From IMG/VR virus record IMGVR_UViG_3300012201_000004, positions 1-57,186 of that record: DNA of 57,186 bases. One strand, given 5' to 3'. Each line of letters begins with the position of its first letter. Position 1 is the stretch's first letter. This DNA is from a virus. Its lineage: Duplodnaviria > Caudoviricetes. The notes under the pieces are model-generated. The model did no database searches and had not been told where the DNA came from. It was given only the letters and a program-made list of their open reading frames with translations. Both the position numbers and the translations under genes were made by a program. Below, piece by piece: positions 47,509 through 56,803 of this stretch.

Positions 47509-48579
47509 ATGCCGACGTATTCGTATGGGGCGTTTGCCCTCAATCAAAACGCTTCTGGGCTTGGGTACTACCTGATCGCAAAGCAACTTCCGATACCAGA
47601 GGTCAAGCCGGTCACGTTTCCAGTCGCCCGTCTCGCCGGACTGAAAAAATCGGGAGAGCAGGTCACAGAGCGTACCATCACGGTCAAGATCGTCGTCGTC
47701 GGGACTTCACGCGTTGATCTTATCGCCCGTGTCGATGCACTACAGGCCGCACTCTCCCTACGATCTCAGACGCTCATCATCCACGAGGACGGACGCTACT
47801 ACCAGAGCGTCGATGCAATCTCCGCGCCGACGGACTTCCAGGCGGGCAACGGGATAGTACAGTGTCACATCGCGGTCGTTCTCACGGCGTACGATCCCTA
47901 CGCCTATGCTGCCAGCTCTACCACCTACGATAGCGGGAGTACCGTACTTACCTTGTCTAGCGGCTCCTGGGTCTTCCCAGCCATCAATATCACCGGAGGA
48001 GGTACGGTCTACAGTTACCCCTTCATTCGCTTAATCAATCTGACGAGTACGGGAAGCACGACACTCACGGCCAATCGAAATAGCGGGACTGCCTACACCA
48101 CCATCGCAGTAGCAGCAACATCCTTTAGCGGCTCGGTGGGAGATACCATCACGATTACGCATGGGGTGACGACACAGACCTTGACGGTTGGAACCGCCTT
48201 TAGTGTTGGAGCGACCACGATCACGGTGTCCTCTTTTACCGCTTCTGCCAACTATGTGAGTGGAGATGTCGCGGCCAAAGTGACGCAGTGGAACAGTTTC
48301 ACGATCGCGCAAACGACCGATACGCTCACGCTCTCTGGCAATACGTCAGTTGGTGCTCCATTGCCAGAGGTCAATGGGGACTATGTCGATATCCAGTGTG
48401 ATCCGGCTGCCGCTTCTGGATGGACTATCCAAACCAATAATTCAGGCGTCTACGCGGAGCCTGTGGGACTCTTCCCCGTGGTGGAGCCATTCTCAACTGC
48501 GTTCAGCATCTCGATTGCGAGCGGATCAGCGGTTACGGCTCAATGCCAAATTACGTACGTACCCCGCTACGCGAGTTAG
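47509..48579 (+). CDS. Distal tail protein (Dit) with beta-module insertion
   Basis: ERTITV, DGRYY, AYDPYAY, C-terminal YVPRY. Confidence 0.8.
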   Translation: MPTYSYGAFALNQNASGLGYYLIAKQLPIPEVKPVTFPVARLAGLKKSGEQVTERTITVKIVVVGTSRVDLIARVDALQAALSLRSQTLIIHEDGRYYQSVDAISAPTDFQAGNGIVQCHIAVVLTAYDPYAYAASSTTYDSGSTVLTLSSGSWVFPAINITGGGTVYSYPFIRLINLTSTGSTTLTANRNSGTAYTTIAVAATSFSGSVGDTITITHGVTTQTLTVGTAFSVGATTITVSSFTASANYVSGDVAAKVTQWNSFTIAQTTDTLTLSGNTSVGAPLPEVNGDYVDIQCDPAAASGWTIQTNNSGVYAEPVGLFPVVEPFSTAFSISIASGSAVTAQCQITYVPRYAS

Positions 48580-48591
48580 GAAAGAGGAACA

Positions 48592-49917
48592 ATGCCAAGT
48601 TACACCGCAATGGATAGCTCCCTACTAAAATCGCAAGTCGTAAAAGCGTATAGCAGTACAGGTGTCTATCTGGGCGTCATTGCCGATGCACCCTACCTCA
48701 CCGGCTTTACAGAGGCAGTCAACGCGGCAACTACCAGTATCACAGTAAATCTCCCGCGCCACATTGATGCCTATGACGGCGCGAACATGCCTGGAACGCA
48801 AAATACGGTGGTGCTCGGGAACGTCTGGAAGTGGTATCTCTACGGCCCTGGACTCCCGACGAATGGATTGATGAGGTATCAGGGCGTCGTAGATACCATA
48901 CGTCCCCACATCGATGAGGGCGGAGGCGAATCGGTGGATGTGACGATCACGCCCTATTCACAGATCCTCGGAGATCAGGCCGTCATCGGGCCGCTGAATT
49001 ACGGGACGGCGGGCAATCCACTGACGTATGTCGATAGCGGGACGATGTTCTCAGGCGTGCTCTCCGCGACCGATCCCGATACCGGTTCGCCCTACATGTA
49101 TCCCTTCACACTGGACGGTACCAATCCGGCAACGGTCGGCATTGCGGTACAATCGTCTTTCCAAAATCAGACGCTCCTCTCAGAACTCACGACGATCTTA
49201 CTGCTCTCACCTGCCAACTACTTTTTCCGGATGAATGATACGGCACTCACGATCACCTACAACCAGTTTCCAGTCGCGCCCAATCACTTTCTGAAGTTGG
49301 GGCAGCACATTACATCGATGGAGTACGCCGTAGACAATGTGCCACGCAAGAATATGATCCTTGTGCAAGGAAAAGGCGTCTCTGCAAAGGCGGTGGGAGC
49401 CAGCGTAGCCACCATCGGGAAACGTTCCTACTTCAAGAGCGACAACCGCATCACCGATGTGATCACCGCGCAAACGCTCGCCAATGGTCTGCTCGCCTTT
49501 TACGATCGCTCGCAGATCAGGACAAAGATCAAGATCCCCGATTATCGCGGAGATGCACGCCCCGGCATTGGCTACGACATCGAGTCATTCAAGGTCGGGC
49601 AAACCGTGACGATCCTGGACACCAAAGCGCCGCCAATTGCGACAGGTACCTCTTCGCCACCGTGGGGTCAGTTTACCTGGGGCTCGTCGAAGTGGGGTAT
49701 TAGCCCATCTACGCCGTCATTGTGGGGAACATTCACCTGGGGTCAGTCGAATTGGGGTTTCGGCGTCGGCGCGATCTTCAATGTGACCGTACCGATTGTG
49801 GCTATCAACTATTTGTATCATTCGGTTGAATTAGAAATCGGCTTTAGGCAGCCCTCTACAAATCGTTCTGTGTTCAATTTAGAGTCGAAATTCTCGGATG
49901 CGACACTTGTTTCGTAA
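48592..49917 (+). CDS. Baseplate hub/Tal-like minor tail protein with WG repeats
   Basis: N.ILVQG, SVATIG.R, IESFKVGQTV; WGQFTWG/WGTFTWG. Confidence 0.75.
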   Translation: MPSYTAMDSSLLKSQVVKAYSSTGVYLGVIADAPYLTGFTEAVNAATTSITVNLPRHIDAYDGANMPGTQNTVVLGNVWKWYLYGPGLPTNGLMRYQGVVDTIRPHIDEGGGESVDVTITPYSQILGDQAVIGPLNYGTAGNPLTYVDSGTMFSGVLSATDPDTGSPYMYPFTLDGTNPATVGIAVQSSFQNQTLLSELTTILLLSPANYFFRMNDTALTITYNQFPVAPNHFLKLGQHITSMEYAVDNVPRKNMILVQGKGVSAKAVGASVATIGKRSYFKSDNRITDVITAQTLANGLLAFYDRSQIRTKIKIPDYRGDARPGIGYDIESFKVGQTVTILDTKAPPIATGTSSPPWGQFTWGSSKWGISPSTPSLWGTFTWGQSNWGFGVGAIFNVTVPIVAINYLYHSVELEIGFRQPSTNRSVFNLESKFSDATLVS

Positions 49918-49937
49918 ATAGTAGAAAGGAATATACT

Positions 49938-50279
49938 ATGAGTCTCACACTTATAACTAACGGCACCCTCAGCGACGCGTCGCAGTTGAATCAAGTCATC
50001 AATGTGCTTATGCAGCCCTCGGGCGGCACGGAGGCAGGCCGCTGGTTCGTGGAGGCGGGCACCTACGAGACGAATTCAACGATTGGCTGTGATATTATCT
50101 CGCGGTCCTACGGCGGTGCGGCGGTCTCCGTCTCTATTGACACGTCGGATACATCTCCGACAAGTCTGGGGACACCAACCACGCAGGCGCTCACCACCGG
50201 AGGCTTCTACATTATCGCGAGCGGGACCAGCGCATCACATACACCACGAGCTGGTGGCAGGTATACAATTCAGAATTAG
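49938..50279 (+). CDS. Small tail tip protein
   Basis: SD GAAAGGA; ASQLNQVI. Confidence 0.65.
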   Translation: MSLTLITNGTLSDASQLNQVINVLMQPSGGTEAGRWFVEAGTYETNSTIGCDIISRSYGGAAVSVSIDTSDTSPTSLGTPTTQALTTGGFYIIASGTSASHTPRAGGRYTIQN

Positions 50280-50304
50280 TTTTGTATGGTATAAAGGGAA
50301 CCTC

Positions 50305-50946
50305 ATGCTAGAAACGATCTACGAGGATGGGTATTTTGCCTATCATTGCCATGATGAGGACTGTCATACCGCGTTATGTGCACATATCAGTGATAGCGCG
50401 GTAGAGCACCTCCACATGCCACAAGCGCCGGTACCGATGCGCCCGTTTGACCCTGAGCGCCCGTTGCTCTCATTGCGCGCCTCCCCGATGCAAGGCTCAG
50501 TCGTCGGTTTGCCTCCGTGTCCTCATTGCGGATCACGCATGTTCCTCAAGGCCGACTATTCGGTCAGAAACGTCATGAAGGAAAAGATGCTCCATACCTT
50601 CGTCTCGGATGGACGGGTGCGTGGCTATGCAATGGAGTTGCGCTATGCGAGGAGCTTCCGCCTGCTCAATATGCTCTATGACGTGGGCAAACTCAAAGCC
50701 CGTCCTTTGCTGCCTGTGCTTCCCTTCGACGCGATCAAGCAATCAGAGCTACGCGGATTGCCTCTCGATGTGGTAGACGCGTTCTGGCTCCCCTACGCGC
50801 TCTGTGGGCGGGTAATCGACTACGAGGGGATAGATCAGCATCTCATCGCTCTAGGGGGCGGTATGACGCCGCTCTTGCCGATAGGGACGGTGCTGGTGCA
50901 CGAGAAGATGCGGCATGGTGGGGAGTTGCCGCCACCATCTCACTAG
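50305..50946 (+). CDS. Zn-binding hypothetical protein
   Basis: CHDEDC, LPPCPHCGS. Confidence 0.55.
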   Translation: MLETIYEDGYFAYHCHDEDCHTALCAHISDSAVEHLHMPQAPVPMRPFDPERPLLSLRASPMQGSVVGLPPCPHCGSRMFLKADYSVRNVMKEKMLHTFVSDGRVRGYAMELRYARSFRLLNMLYDVGKLKARPLLPVLPFDAIKQSELRGLPLDVVDAFWLPYALCGRVIDYEGIDQHLIALGGGMTPLLPIGTVLVHEKMRHGGELPPPSH

Positions 50947-50963
50947 ACAAAAGGAGAAAGAGT

Positions 50964-51152
50964 ATGTCACTTATTGTTCACGGATTCGGAATCGGGCTCA
51001 TTGACTTTACCTTTTTTCTCATATGCGGGTACTTTGCGTCGCAGAATTTCCGACCGCCTGAGTTCTGGCGTTGGGTGATCTTTGCGCTCTTTACGCTTGT
51101 AGCGTTCTTGTTCTTTCTCGCGTGGTTGGTTGATCTTGGCGGGCATCTCTGA
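50964..51152 (+). CDS. Small 2-TM protein
   Basis: SD AAGGAG. Confidence 0.6.
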   Translation: MSLIVHGFGIGLIDFTFFLICGYFASQNFRPPEFWRWVIFALFTLVAFLFFLAWLVDLGGHL

Positions 51153-51161
51153 GAGCATAGC

Positions 51162-51350
51162 CTAATCGTGCTTCTGCTCATCCATTCCAAATTCACGACG
51201 TATCAGGTTCTCGATAAATGCTGACCGTTGCTTTTCAGGGATACGCTGCTCTAATTCCTTGAGCGTATCAGGGTAAAGGGTCACATTGATACGCAACTTG
51301 CGATCAGGCTTTGAGGGGCGACCTGCACCCCTCGTCTCTCGTTGGTCCAT
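51162..51350 (-). CDS. Ribbon-helix-helix regulator with GAGRP arm
   Basis: RGAGRP, RINVTL..LKEL..RSAFIENLI. Confidence 0.75.
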   Translation of the reverse strand: MDQRETRGAGRPSKPDRKLRINVTLYPDTLKELEQRIPEKQRSAFIENLIRREFGMDEQKHD

Positions 51351-51728
51351 TTATGCTTCCTTACCGTATCGATCATTAAGGTAATGAGAAACATCAATCT
51401 GTGTTGGGCATGCAGTATGTAGCTCATGGATGAGTTGAATGATCTCACGGACCTTCATGCTCTCAAGGACATGCTCAACAGGGATATTGAGGCGAAGCGT
51501 CTCTTGAGACCATCGGACTGCATAGGCTGTCCATCCGTAGGTCACTGAGATACCTTCCTCGTCGTTATAACGGGCGTATCGCTCAATATCGAGCAGGACG
51601 TTCTTCATGCGCTCGCGCCCATCCATATTGTTGTATTTGCGTATAACATGCTGCAAGTAGAGTACTAACCTTTGAGTGAACTCTCCCTTACTTAGATGAC
51701 TGTTGTCTTCAATGATAGTAGTTGTCAT
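51351..51728 (-). CDS. Moron hypothetical protein
   Basis: SD GAAGGAG, downstream of a consensus promoter. Confidence 0.65.
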   Translation of the reverse strand: MTTTIIEDNSHLSKGEFTQRLVLYLQHVIRKYNNMDGRERMKNVLLDIERYARYNDEEGISVTYGWTAYAVRWSQETLRLNIPVEHVLESMKVREIIQLIHELHTACPTQIDVSHYLNDRYGKEA

Positions 51729-51770
51729 GATCTCTCTCTCCTTCATTCGTGTGTTTTCTTCACTGTCTAT

Positions 51771-51799
51771 ATTATAGTGTGTACACACTGAATTGTCAA
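51771..51799 (-). promoter_or_regulatory. Perfect sigma70 promoter with palindromic operator
   Basis: TTGACA-17-TATAAT; AGTGTGTACACACT palindrome at 51776-51789. Confidence 0.85.
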
Positions 51800-51914
51800 G
51801 AGGTTTACAAGGCAATTTCCCATCTCGTCAAAAACCCGTCTACATGCTATACTCAGAGTGAGAGCCTGCGCGCCATGCGTCGGGCGTTTTTTCTTGTTCA
51901 AAAGGACTCATTGT

Positions 51915-53588
51915 ATGGTTGATTATCCACAGGCAATCACCTATCTTGTCGATGCAAGCCGCGTCTTCGTGGGGGAAAATGATCACGCGGCGTTGGTCAT
52001 TCATGGCACGGGCGGGAGCGCCACGCAAACGGCACAACAGTTAGGTGATTACTTCCGTACCACGCCTCTAGAGACGTCATCGCATTATGGCGTAGATCGC
52101 GCCGGTATCATCTGTCAGTACGTTCTTGAGCGTGACGGGGCTGGTGGAAACTGCTGTACAGAAGCAGGACATGACACCTTCTGGGATCAGTTCGGCGGGG
52201 ATAATCTCAATAAACATACGCTCTCTATCGAATGCGAGAACGATACTGAGAACAGTCTCACGCTCTCATCTGCACAGCAACATGCACTTTTCCCACTCAT
52301 AGCGCATCTCTGCAAAAAATATAGTATTGCGCCCGACCACATCAAGTCGCATGCCTCTATTGCGCCTGTGACACGTGCGAGTTGTCCAGGAAAGAACTTC
52401 CCCTGGTCGGCATTGTGGGACTATTTGAAAGGAGTCACCAGTATGACAGAAGTATGCAGCGTGACCGACACGTCACAATTTTCCCCGAATAAATCGGTTG
52501 AAAAATGTGGATTTTTCTCAATCGCACTCTTGAAATATGCCGGACATCCTGGGCAAGCACCATCAGGCAATGCAAGCGAGATCACGGCATGGGCGGATAG
52601 TGAATACGTGAAGTACGATGGGCAAGATACGAGCAGTAACAGTTCAGGAATGACCGTCCCGATGGAGTATCAAGTCATCCAGGATGCAGGCTTGCACTAC
52701 CAGGGAATAGGCGCGACGGAAACTGGTTTCCACGTCGATCATCTCACCGCCGACTACATACGCGCGTGGCTTAAGGACGGCTATCCCGTCCTGCTGGCAG
52801 TTGCAGAGGATGCCGTCTTCGACGAAGATCTGGGAGCAAAACCATACAGTTGGAATACGGCAGGCTTGTACCACATCATCACCGCAACGGGCTATGATGG
52901 GAAGGTGCTGCTCTGTCATGATACCGCATCCATCGGAACTGATGGAGTGAGGCCAGGACCGCGCCGTTACGACGCACAGAGACTACAGAGCGGGCTTATC
53001 TCAGCTACGGCGGTTGTACTCCCGTGGCTCTCTCGTCCCGCCTCAGATTTCGATCCTACGCAACCTACTCCTCACACACAATCAGCACTACTAGGAGAGA
53101 CACCTATGGATATCAAAGACCCCGACTTTGCAGCAAGGTTCTTTCAGCAAGTCACTGATGGTGACTGGTACTGTCCTACGAAGCGACAGCATATCATTGG
53201 TGACATCCTCAAGTTCTACCGCAAGACCTGGGGTGCGGCGCGTTTACCGCTCTCCGCAGAGATGACGGACGTTGCTGGTATCAAGTGGCAGCATTGTGAA
53301 GCAGGCGTGATCATCTTTGACCCGTCTCACGTGCATGACCATCCCGCAGGCGATCCGTGCTACCTGGCACGGCTAGACGATCCGATGGTGCAACGGCTCT
53401 TCGCCAAACAGCAGATCGTCATCACAGGCAACGCAGGCACGGCGCTTGATGCACTGTTGGCAAACATCACCTTGCAGAAGCAAACATTGGAGCAAGTAGC
53501 AGGCGACCTGACGGCGTTGGAACATGGAACGGATGCAGCGGCGGTGACGGTGGCGAACATAAAAACGGCGCTCGCGGCGGGGAAATGA
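51915..53588 (+). CDS. Endolysin: amidase_2, C39-like peptidase, cell-binding/coiled-coil domain
   Basis: VIHGT, SSHYGV, SIECE, H..CPG; C..F/HII..GY/HD triad; PLS.E..QHCEAGVI. Confidence 0.88.
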   Translation: MVDYPQAITYLVDASRVFVGENDHAALVIHGTGGSATQTAQQLGDYFRTTPLETSSHYGVDRAGIICQYVLERDGAGGNCCTEAGHDTFWDQFGGDNLNKHTLSIECENDTENSLTLSSAQQHALFPLIAHLCKKYSIAPDHIKSHASIAPVTRASCPGKNFPWSALWDYLKGVTSMTEVCSVTDTSQFSPNKSVEKCGFFSIALLKYAGHPGQAPSGNASEITAWADSEYVKYDGQDTSSNSSGMTVPMEYQVIQDAGLHYQGIGATETGFHVDHLTADYIRAWLKDGYPVLLAVAEDAVFDEDLGAKPYSWNTAGLYHIITATGYDGKVLLCHDTASIGTDGVRPGPRRYDAQRLQSGLISATAVVLPWLSRPASDFDPTQPTPHTQSALLGETPMDIKDPDFAARFFQQVTDGDWYCPTKRQHIIGDILKFYRKTWGAARLPLSAEMTDVAGIKWQHCEAGVIIFDPSHVHDHPAGDPCYLARLDDPMVQRLFAKQQIVITGNAGTALDALLANITLQKQTLEQVAGDLTALEHGTDAAAVTVANIKTALAAGK

Positions 53589-53675
53589 TGAGAATAGGCA
53601 AGAAAGATGCGAGCGATTAAGCGGAATCTTACCAGTGTTGGCACTGTTCCATAAAGTTTAGAAAGAGCAATCATT

Positions 53676-54023
53676 ATGGCCTTACCAACCATCCCAGGCG
53701 TACTCATCACCGCTGGCTCTGTCGTGATCGCCTATCTCGCCAGTTGGCTCAAATCAGACGGTCTACCACAGCGAACCAATGTCGTGATCGGGTGGATAGC
53801 GGTGATCATCCTCGCCGCTCTCACGCTCTGGCTCACGGGGAACTTCACCAGCAATATTGCTCAGGACCTCGTGTTGGTTGCAGTATCGGCGGGCGCGCTC
53901 TCGCAGCAACTCATCTCGCTGCTACAGACGGCACAGAAGACACCCTCGCCACTGTTGCCCCAGGTGCAACCTGCACAGGCGTACAAGCCTCTTGCAGCGG
54001 GGAGTGATCCGGCGGCAAAGTAG
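53676..54023 (+). CDS. Holin
   Basis: 2-3 TMs, follows the endolysin. Confidence 0.7.
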   Translation: MALPTIPGVLITAGSVVIAYLASWLKSDGLPQRTNVVIGWIAVIILAALTLWLTGNFTSNIAQDLVLVAVSAGALSQQLISLLQTAQKTPSPLLPQVQPAQAYKPLAAGSDPAAK

Positions 54024-54134
54024 ACAGGAGCGGCGCGTTCTGCTATACTAGCGGCGCAGACCAGCAGAGAGCCAGGGTCAGCACGGACAATACCATCACA
54101 TGTAGGGGTTTCACCGTGCCAGCCCTGGCTTTTT
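54021..54134 (+). ncRNA. Putative sRNA of about 80 nt with its own promoter and terminator
   Basis: TAGACA-17-TATACT, then AGCCAGGG..GCACGG..CCGTGC..CCCTGGCT-TTTT; no ORF. Confidence 0.45.
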
Positions 54135-54220
54135 GCACATAAGACGGACCTGCCCCCACCAGGTCCGTCTCAATCCTCTCCTCTCTTTCTTATTCCATTT
54201 CTTGCGACGTAGAACGCTTG

Positions 54221-55000
54221 TCATACAGCCGATGCAGGCACGGGTGCTTCCCTCAACACTTCCAGAAGCTTCTCCGCCTGCCGCTTTGTGGCAGCGTCCC
54301 AGGCAGAGTCCCGGGCAGCGGCCCTGTCAGCGGGGCTGGCAGCGTCCCTGTCAGCGGCCCTGGAAGCGGTCCGGGCAGCGGCACTGGCCGCGTACCAGGC
54401 AGCGTCCCAAGCAGCGTCCCTGGAAGCGACACTGGAAGCGACACTGGAAGCGTCCCTGGCAGCAGCCCAGGCAGCGTCCCTGGCAGGGCCGCTTCCAGCG
54501 CCATTGGCAGCGTCACTGGCAGCGTCCCAGGCAGCGGCCCACTCTGAATCCGCCACCTCCCCACCATGCAGCAGCCGCTGATAGAGGCCCGCAACCAGCA
54601 CGATGACTTCTTTGCCTGCCTCGTCGGCAAAACGAATCACTCCATCTTGCGCGTCGATCAGGAGCCATACCAAGAAGCGCGGGATGATCCTCGAGAGATC
54701 AGCGCCAACCGGGATCGCCTCAAGGAAGGCGAGCGGGAACGCCTGGTAGTAGTCAATCGGCGTTTTCTCGAAGAGATGATCTTCGAGATATGCCACCTGG
54801 CGCGGGATGCCGAGCTCCGGCTCGAATTGCTCATGGATATTCTCGCCATCGGGGATCTCCAGAGTGCATGCGACACCGCATCCGGTACGCGTCCGGGGAT
54901 CCCAATAATGGCCGCGCACCAGCTCATCTGCGGCCATATGCGCCTTCATCTTTTCGATGTAAAAATCTTTGGTGGCTTGCTTGCCGTGAAATGCTTTCAT
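54221..55000 (-). CDS. Phage protein with AAWDAA-type repeats
   Basis: KAFHG, GCGVACTL, LGIP, EAIPVG, 4-aa AAxx repeats, QAEKLL. Confidence 0.85.
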   Translation of the reverse strand: MKAFHGKQATKDFYIEKMKAHMAADELVRGHYWDPRTRTGCGVACTLEIPDGENIHEQFEPELGIPRQVAYLEDHLFEKTPIDYYQAFPLAFLEAIPVGADLSRIIPRFLVWLLIDAQDGVIRFADEAGKEVIVLVAGLYQRLLHGGEVADSEWAAAWDAASDAANGAGSGPARDAAWAAARDASSVASSVASRDAAWDAAWYAASAAARTASRAADRDAASPADRAAARDSAWDAATKRQAEKLLEVLREAPVPASAV

Positions 55001-55142
55001 GATGTCTTTCCCTTTCGTTTTGTTGTTTCCAATTTCTTGAGCGTTTCGTAATGTGCAGCGATGACAAAAAGCGCCCGACCAGCGAGCGCCTCTTGTTTGC
55101 GTGAACGGACCTGATGGGGATCAGGTCCGTTGTGGGCAGCCG

Positions 55143-55382
55143 CTATCCCCGCCCGAGATAGAGCGGCTCGCGCTTGTCGCGTCGTGGGACATCCCACCTA
55201 CTTTCAGCATAGAGCATCGCAGGGGCGCTTTCCCCATTAATACCCTGCGTATCCACGATAAGTACCATTTGCTGCTCAGCGAGGTACGCTGTAAGCTGTT
55301 CTTTATCCATGCTCTCAAAGGCCGCTTTAATCTCTTGATCGCTCATGACTTCATTCCCTTTCATTTTGCCCGTCTCGGGCAC
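55143..55382 (-). CDS. Hypothetical protein (start uncertain)
   Basis: Downstream of TTGACT-17-TACAGT (55470-55442). Confidence 0.5.
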   Translation of the reverse strand: MPETGKMKGNEVMSDQEIKAAFESMDKEQLTAYLAEQQMVLIVDTQGINGESAPAMLYAESRWDVPRRDKREPLYLGRG

Positions 55383-55508
55383 TCTCGTTTGCTCTTCGCC
55401 AGTGCATCGGCACCGGCCTCACTTGTTTCTCGTCTATGAATACTGTACTACAGAAACGAATAGAAGTCAAGCCTTTTCTGACGAGTTTTGGCACTCTCAG
55501 AAAATTGG

Positions 55509-55790
55509 TTAGCAGATGATCGCACGTTCTTGCTCCTTCTCAATCTGATCGCAATATACCTCCCAGGCGGCATAGGCGATCTGTCGTGCCTTTTTTTCTA
55601 CTTTCTCATCTTCAGGGATGTAGCCTTCGTGCCATGCTATGGCATTGCGGAGGCGCTCTCTGTACCGCGTGTTCAGAGAGAGCGTAAGGGGCGTGCGCTC
55701 ATCTACCTTCTCTGCTTCCTCTTTGACCGCATTCTGATTGCCTTGTTGTGCACCACGCTTCCGCTTGTTGCTACCCTTTGTCGTTGTCAT
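55509..55790 (-). CDS. Small DNA-binding protein with GAQQGNQNA arm
   Basis: SD GAAGGAGG before MTTTKGSNKRKRG. Confidence 0.65.
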   Translation of the reverse strand: MTTTKGSNKRKRGAQQGNQNAVKEEAEKVDERTPLTLSLNTRYRERLRNAIAWHEGYIPEDEKVEKKARQIAYAAWEVYCDQIEKEQERAIIC

Positions 55791-56010
55791 GCTCTGCTTC
55801 CTCCTTCGGTTCGTCAACGATCTCCCACGCCTCCGAGAACTCTCTCTCCGCAAACATCTCAGCAAGCCCGCTAATCTGCTTGAGGCGTAGCACCTCATCA
55901 GGGTCCATCCCCAACTCGTGGGAAATCTTCGCATCTGTCCAGTTGCGACGGGATAACTCCTGCACGATCTCCGACATGGCCTGTACTTGATGCTTCCCAC
56001 GCGCGCGATC
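55771..56010 (-). pseudogene. C-terminal fragment of IbrB-like ParB protein
   Basis: RARGKHQV..MSEIV..LGMDPDEVLRLKQISGLAEMF..FSEAW; the N-terminal ParB domain is missing. Confidence 0.75.
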
Positions 56011-56231
56011 TTATAGCGTAGATAGCACGGCTCACCTTCGATCTGATAGAACCGTCGCACGATCTCACGCGCCTGCTGCTCTGAGGCAAGCGGGACAGAC
56101 CATGCCTGAAGGTCAGGCTTCCATCGTCGGCCAGGGATGCCCCGTATCTCTGCAACGAGCCTTGGATGATACGGGGCGCGAATAAAGAGGCCACCTTGCA
56201 TTCTGACGACCTCTGCTAGTGGCTGCTGCAT
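56010..56231 (-). pseudogene. HARP-like domain gene truncated at a junction with the ibrB fragment
   Basis: PYHPRLVAEIRGIPGRRWKPDLQAWSVP. Confidence 0.6.
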
Positions 56232-56232
56232 A

Positions 56233-56481
56233 TTACCTCACGATCCTGACCAGAGAATGCTTTGGCTCTGGATCGAGATAGCGATAATCGAAATCAGCGA
56301 AGTAGTCGATACCCAGGCCATCATCATGACCTCGGAGCTTGATCCACTGGCATTCTCCGAAACGGTTCTGAATATGGCATTCAACGATGCCATATTCCCA
56401 ATGACCAGGGAATGCCTCATTCTCAAAACGGACCTTCGCACCGATCGGAAAAATCTCTTCGTAGTTGGGTTCTTTCTCCAT
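56233..56481 (-). CDS. SH3-like hypothetical protein
   Basis: SD AAGGAG; FPIGAKVRF..YGIVE. Confidence 0.65.
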   Translation of the reverse strand: MEKEPNYEEIFPIGAKVRFENEAFPGHWEYGIVECHIQNRFGECQWIKLRGHDDGLGIDYFADFDYRYLDPEPKHSLVRIVR

Positions 56482-56491
56482 CACTCTCTCC

Positions 56492-56608
56492 TTCGTTTCT
56501 GTACTACACACAGTGTACTACGAAAACGAAACGATGTCAAGGGGTTTGAGGCGAACTTGGAGCACTCTCGAAAAACTGGTAGACATTCACCGATACTCAC
56601 GTTACAAT
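56492..56608. promoter_or_regulatory. Divergent promoters with operator
   Basis: Leftward TTGACA-17-TACACT; rightward TAGACA-17-TACAAT; TTCGTTT..AAACGAA inverted repeat. Confidence 0.65.
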
Positions 56609-56803
56609 GACACGGCTCAATCTACGCATGTAGAGAGAGCGAGAGGCTGGCGCGGGTTTTGTTGGTTATGTTCCACAGTTGAAATATCATTCAATGAACA
56701 GACCTGGGATGTTTACAAAATTGTCACCCCGCGCCGGTCTTTTTTGCGCGAGATGCGAGAGCCAGCGTTGGAAGAGCAACGCTGGCTGGTGAGGAGGAGA
56801 GAT

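Noticed and set aside
54133-54630. Repetitive ORFs (QRPW, PGS, PGTL) and 12-bp repeats as a CRISPR array or DGR
   Set aside because: These are shadow frames of the AAWDAA coding repeat. There are no spacers and no reverse transcriptase in the window.
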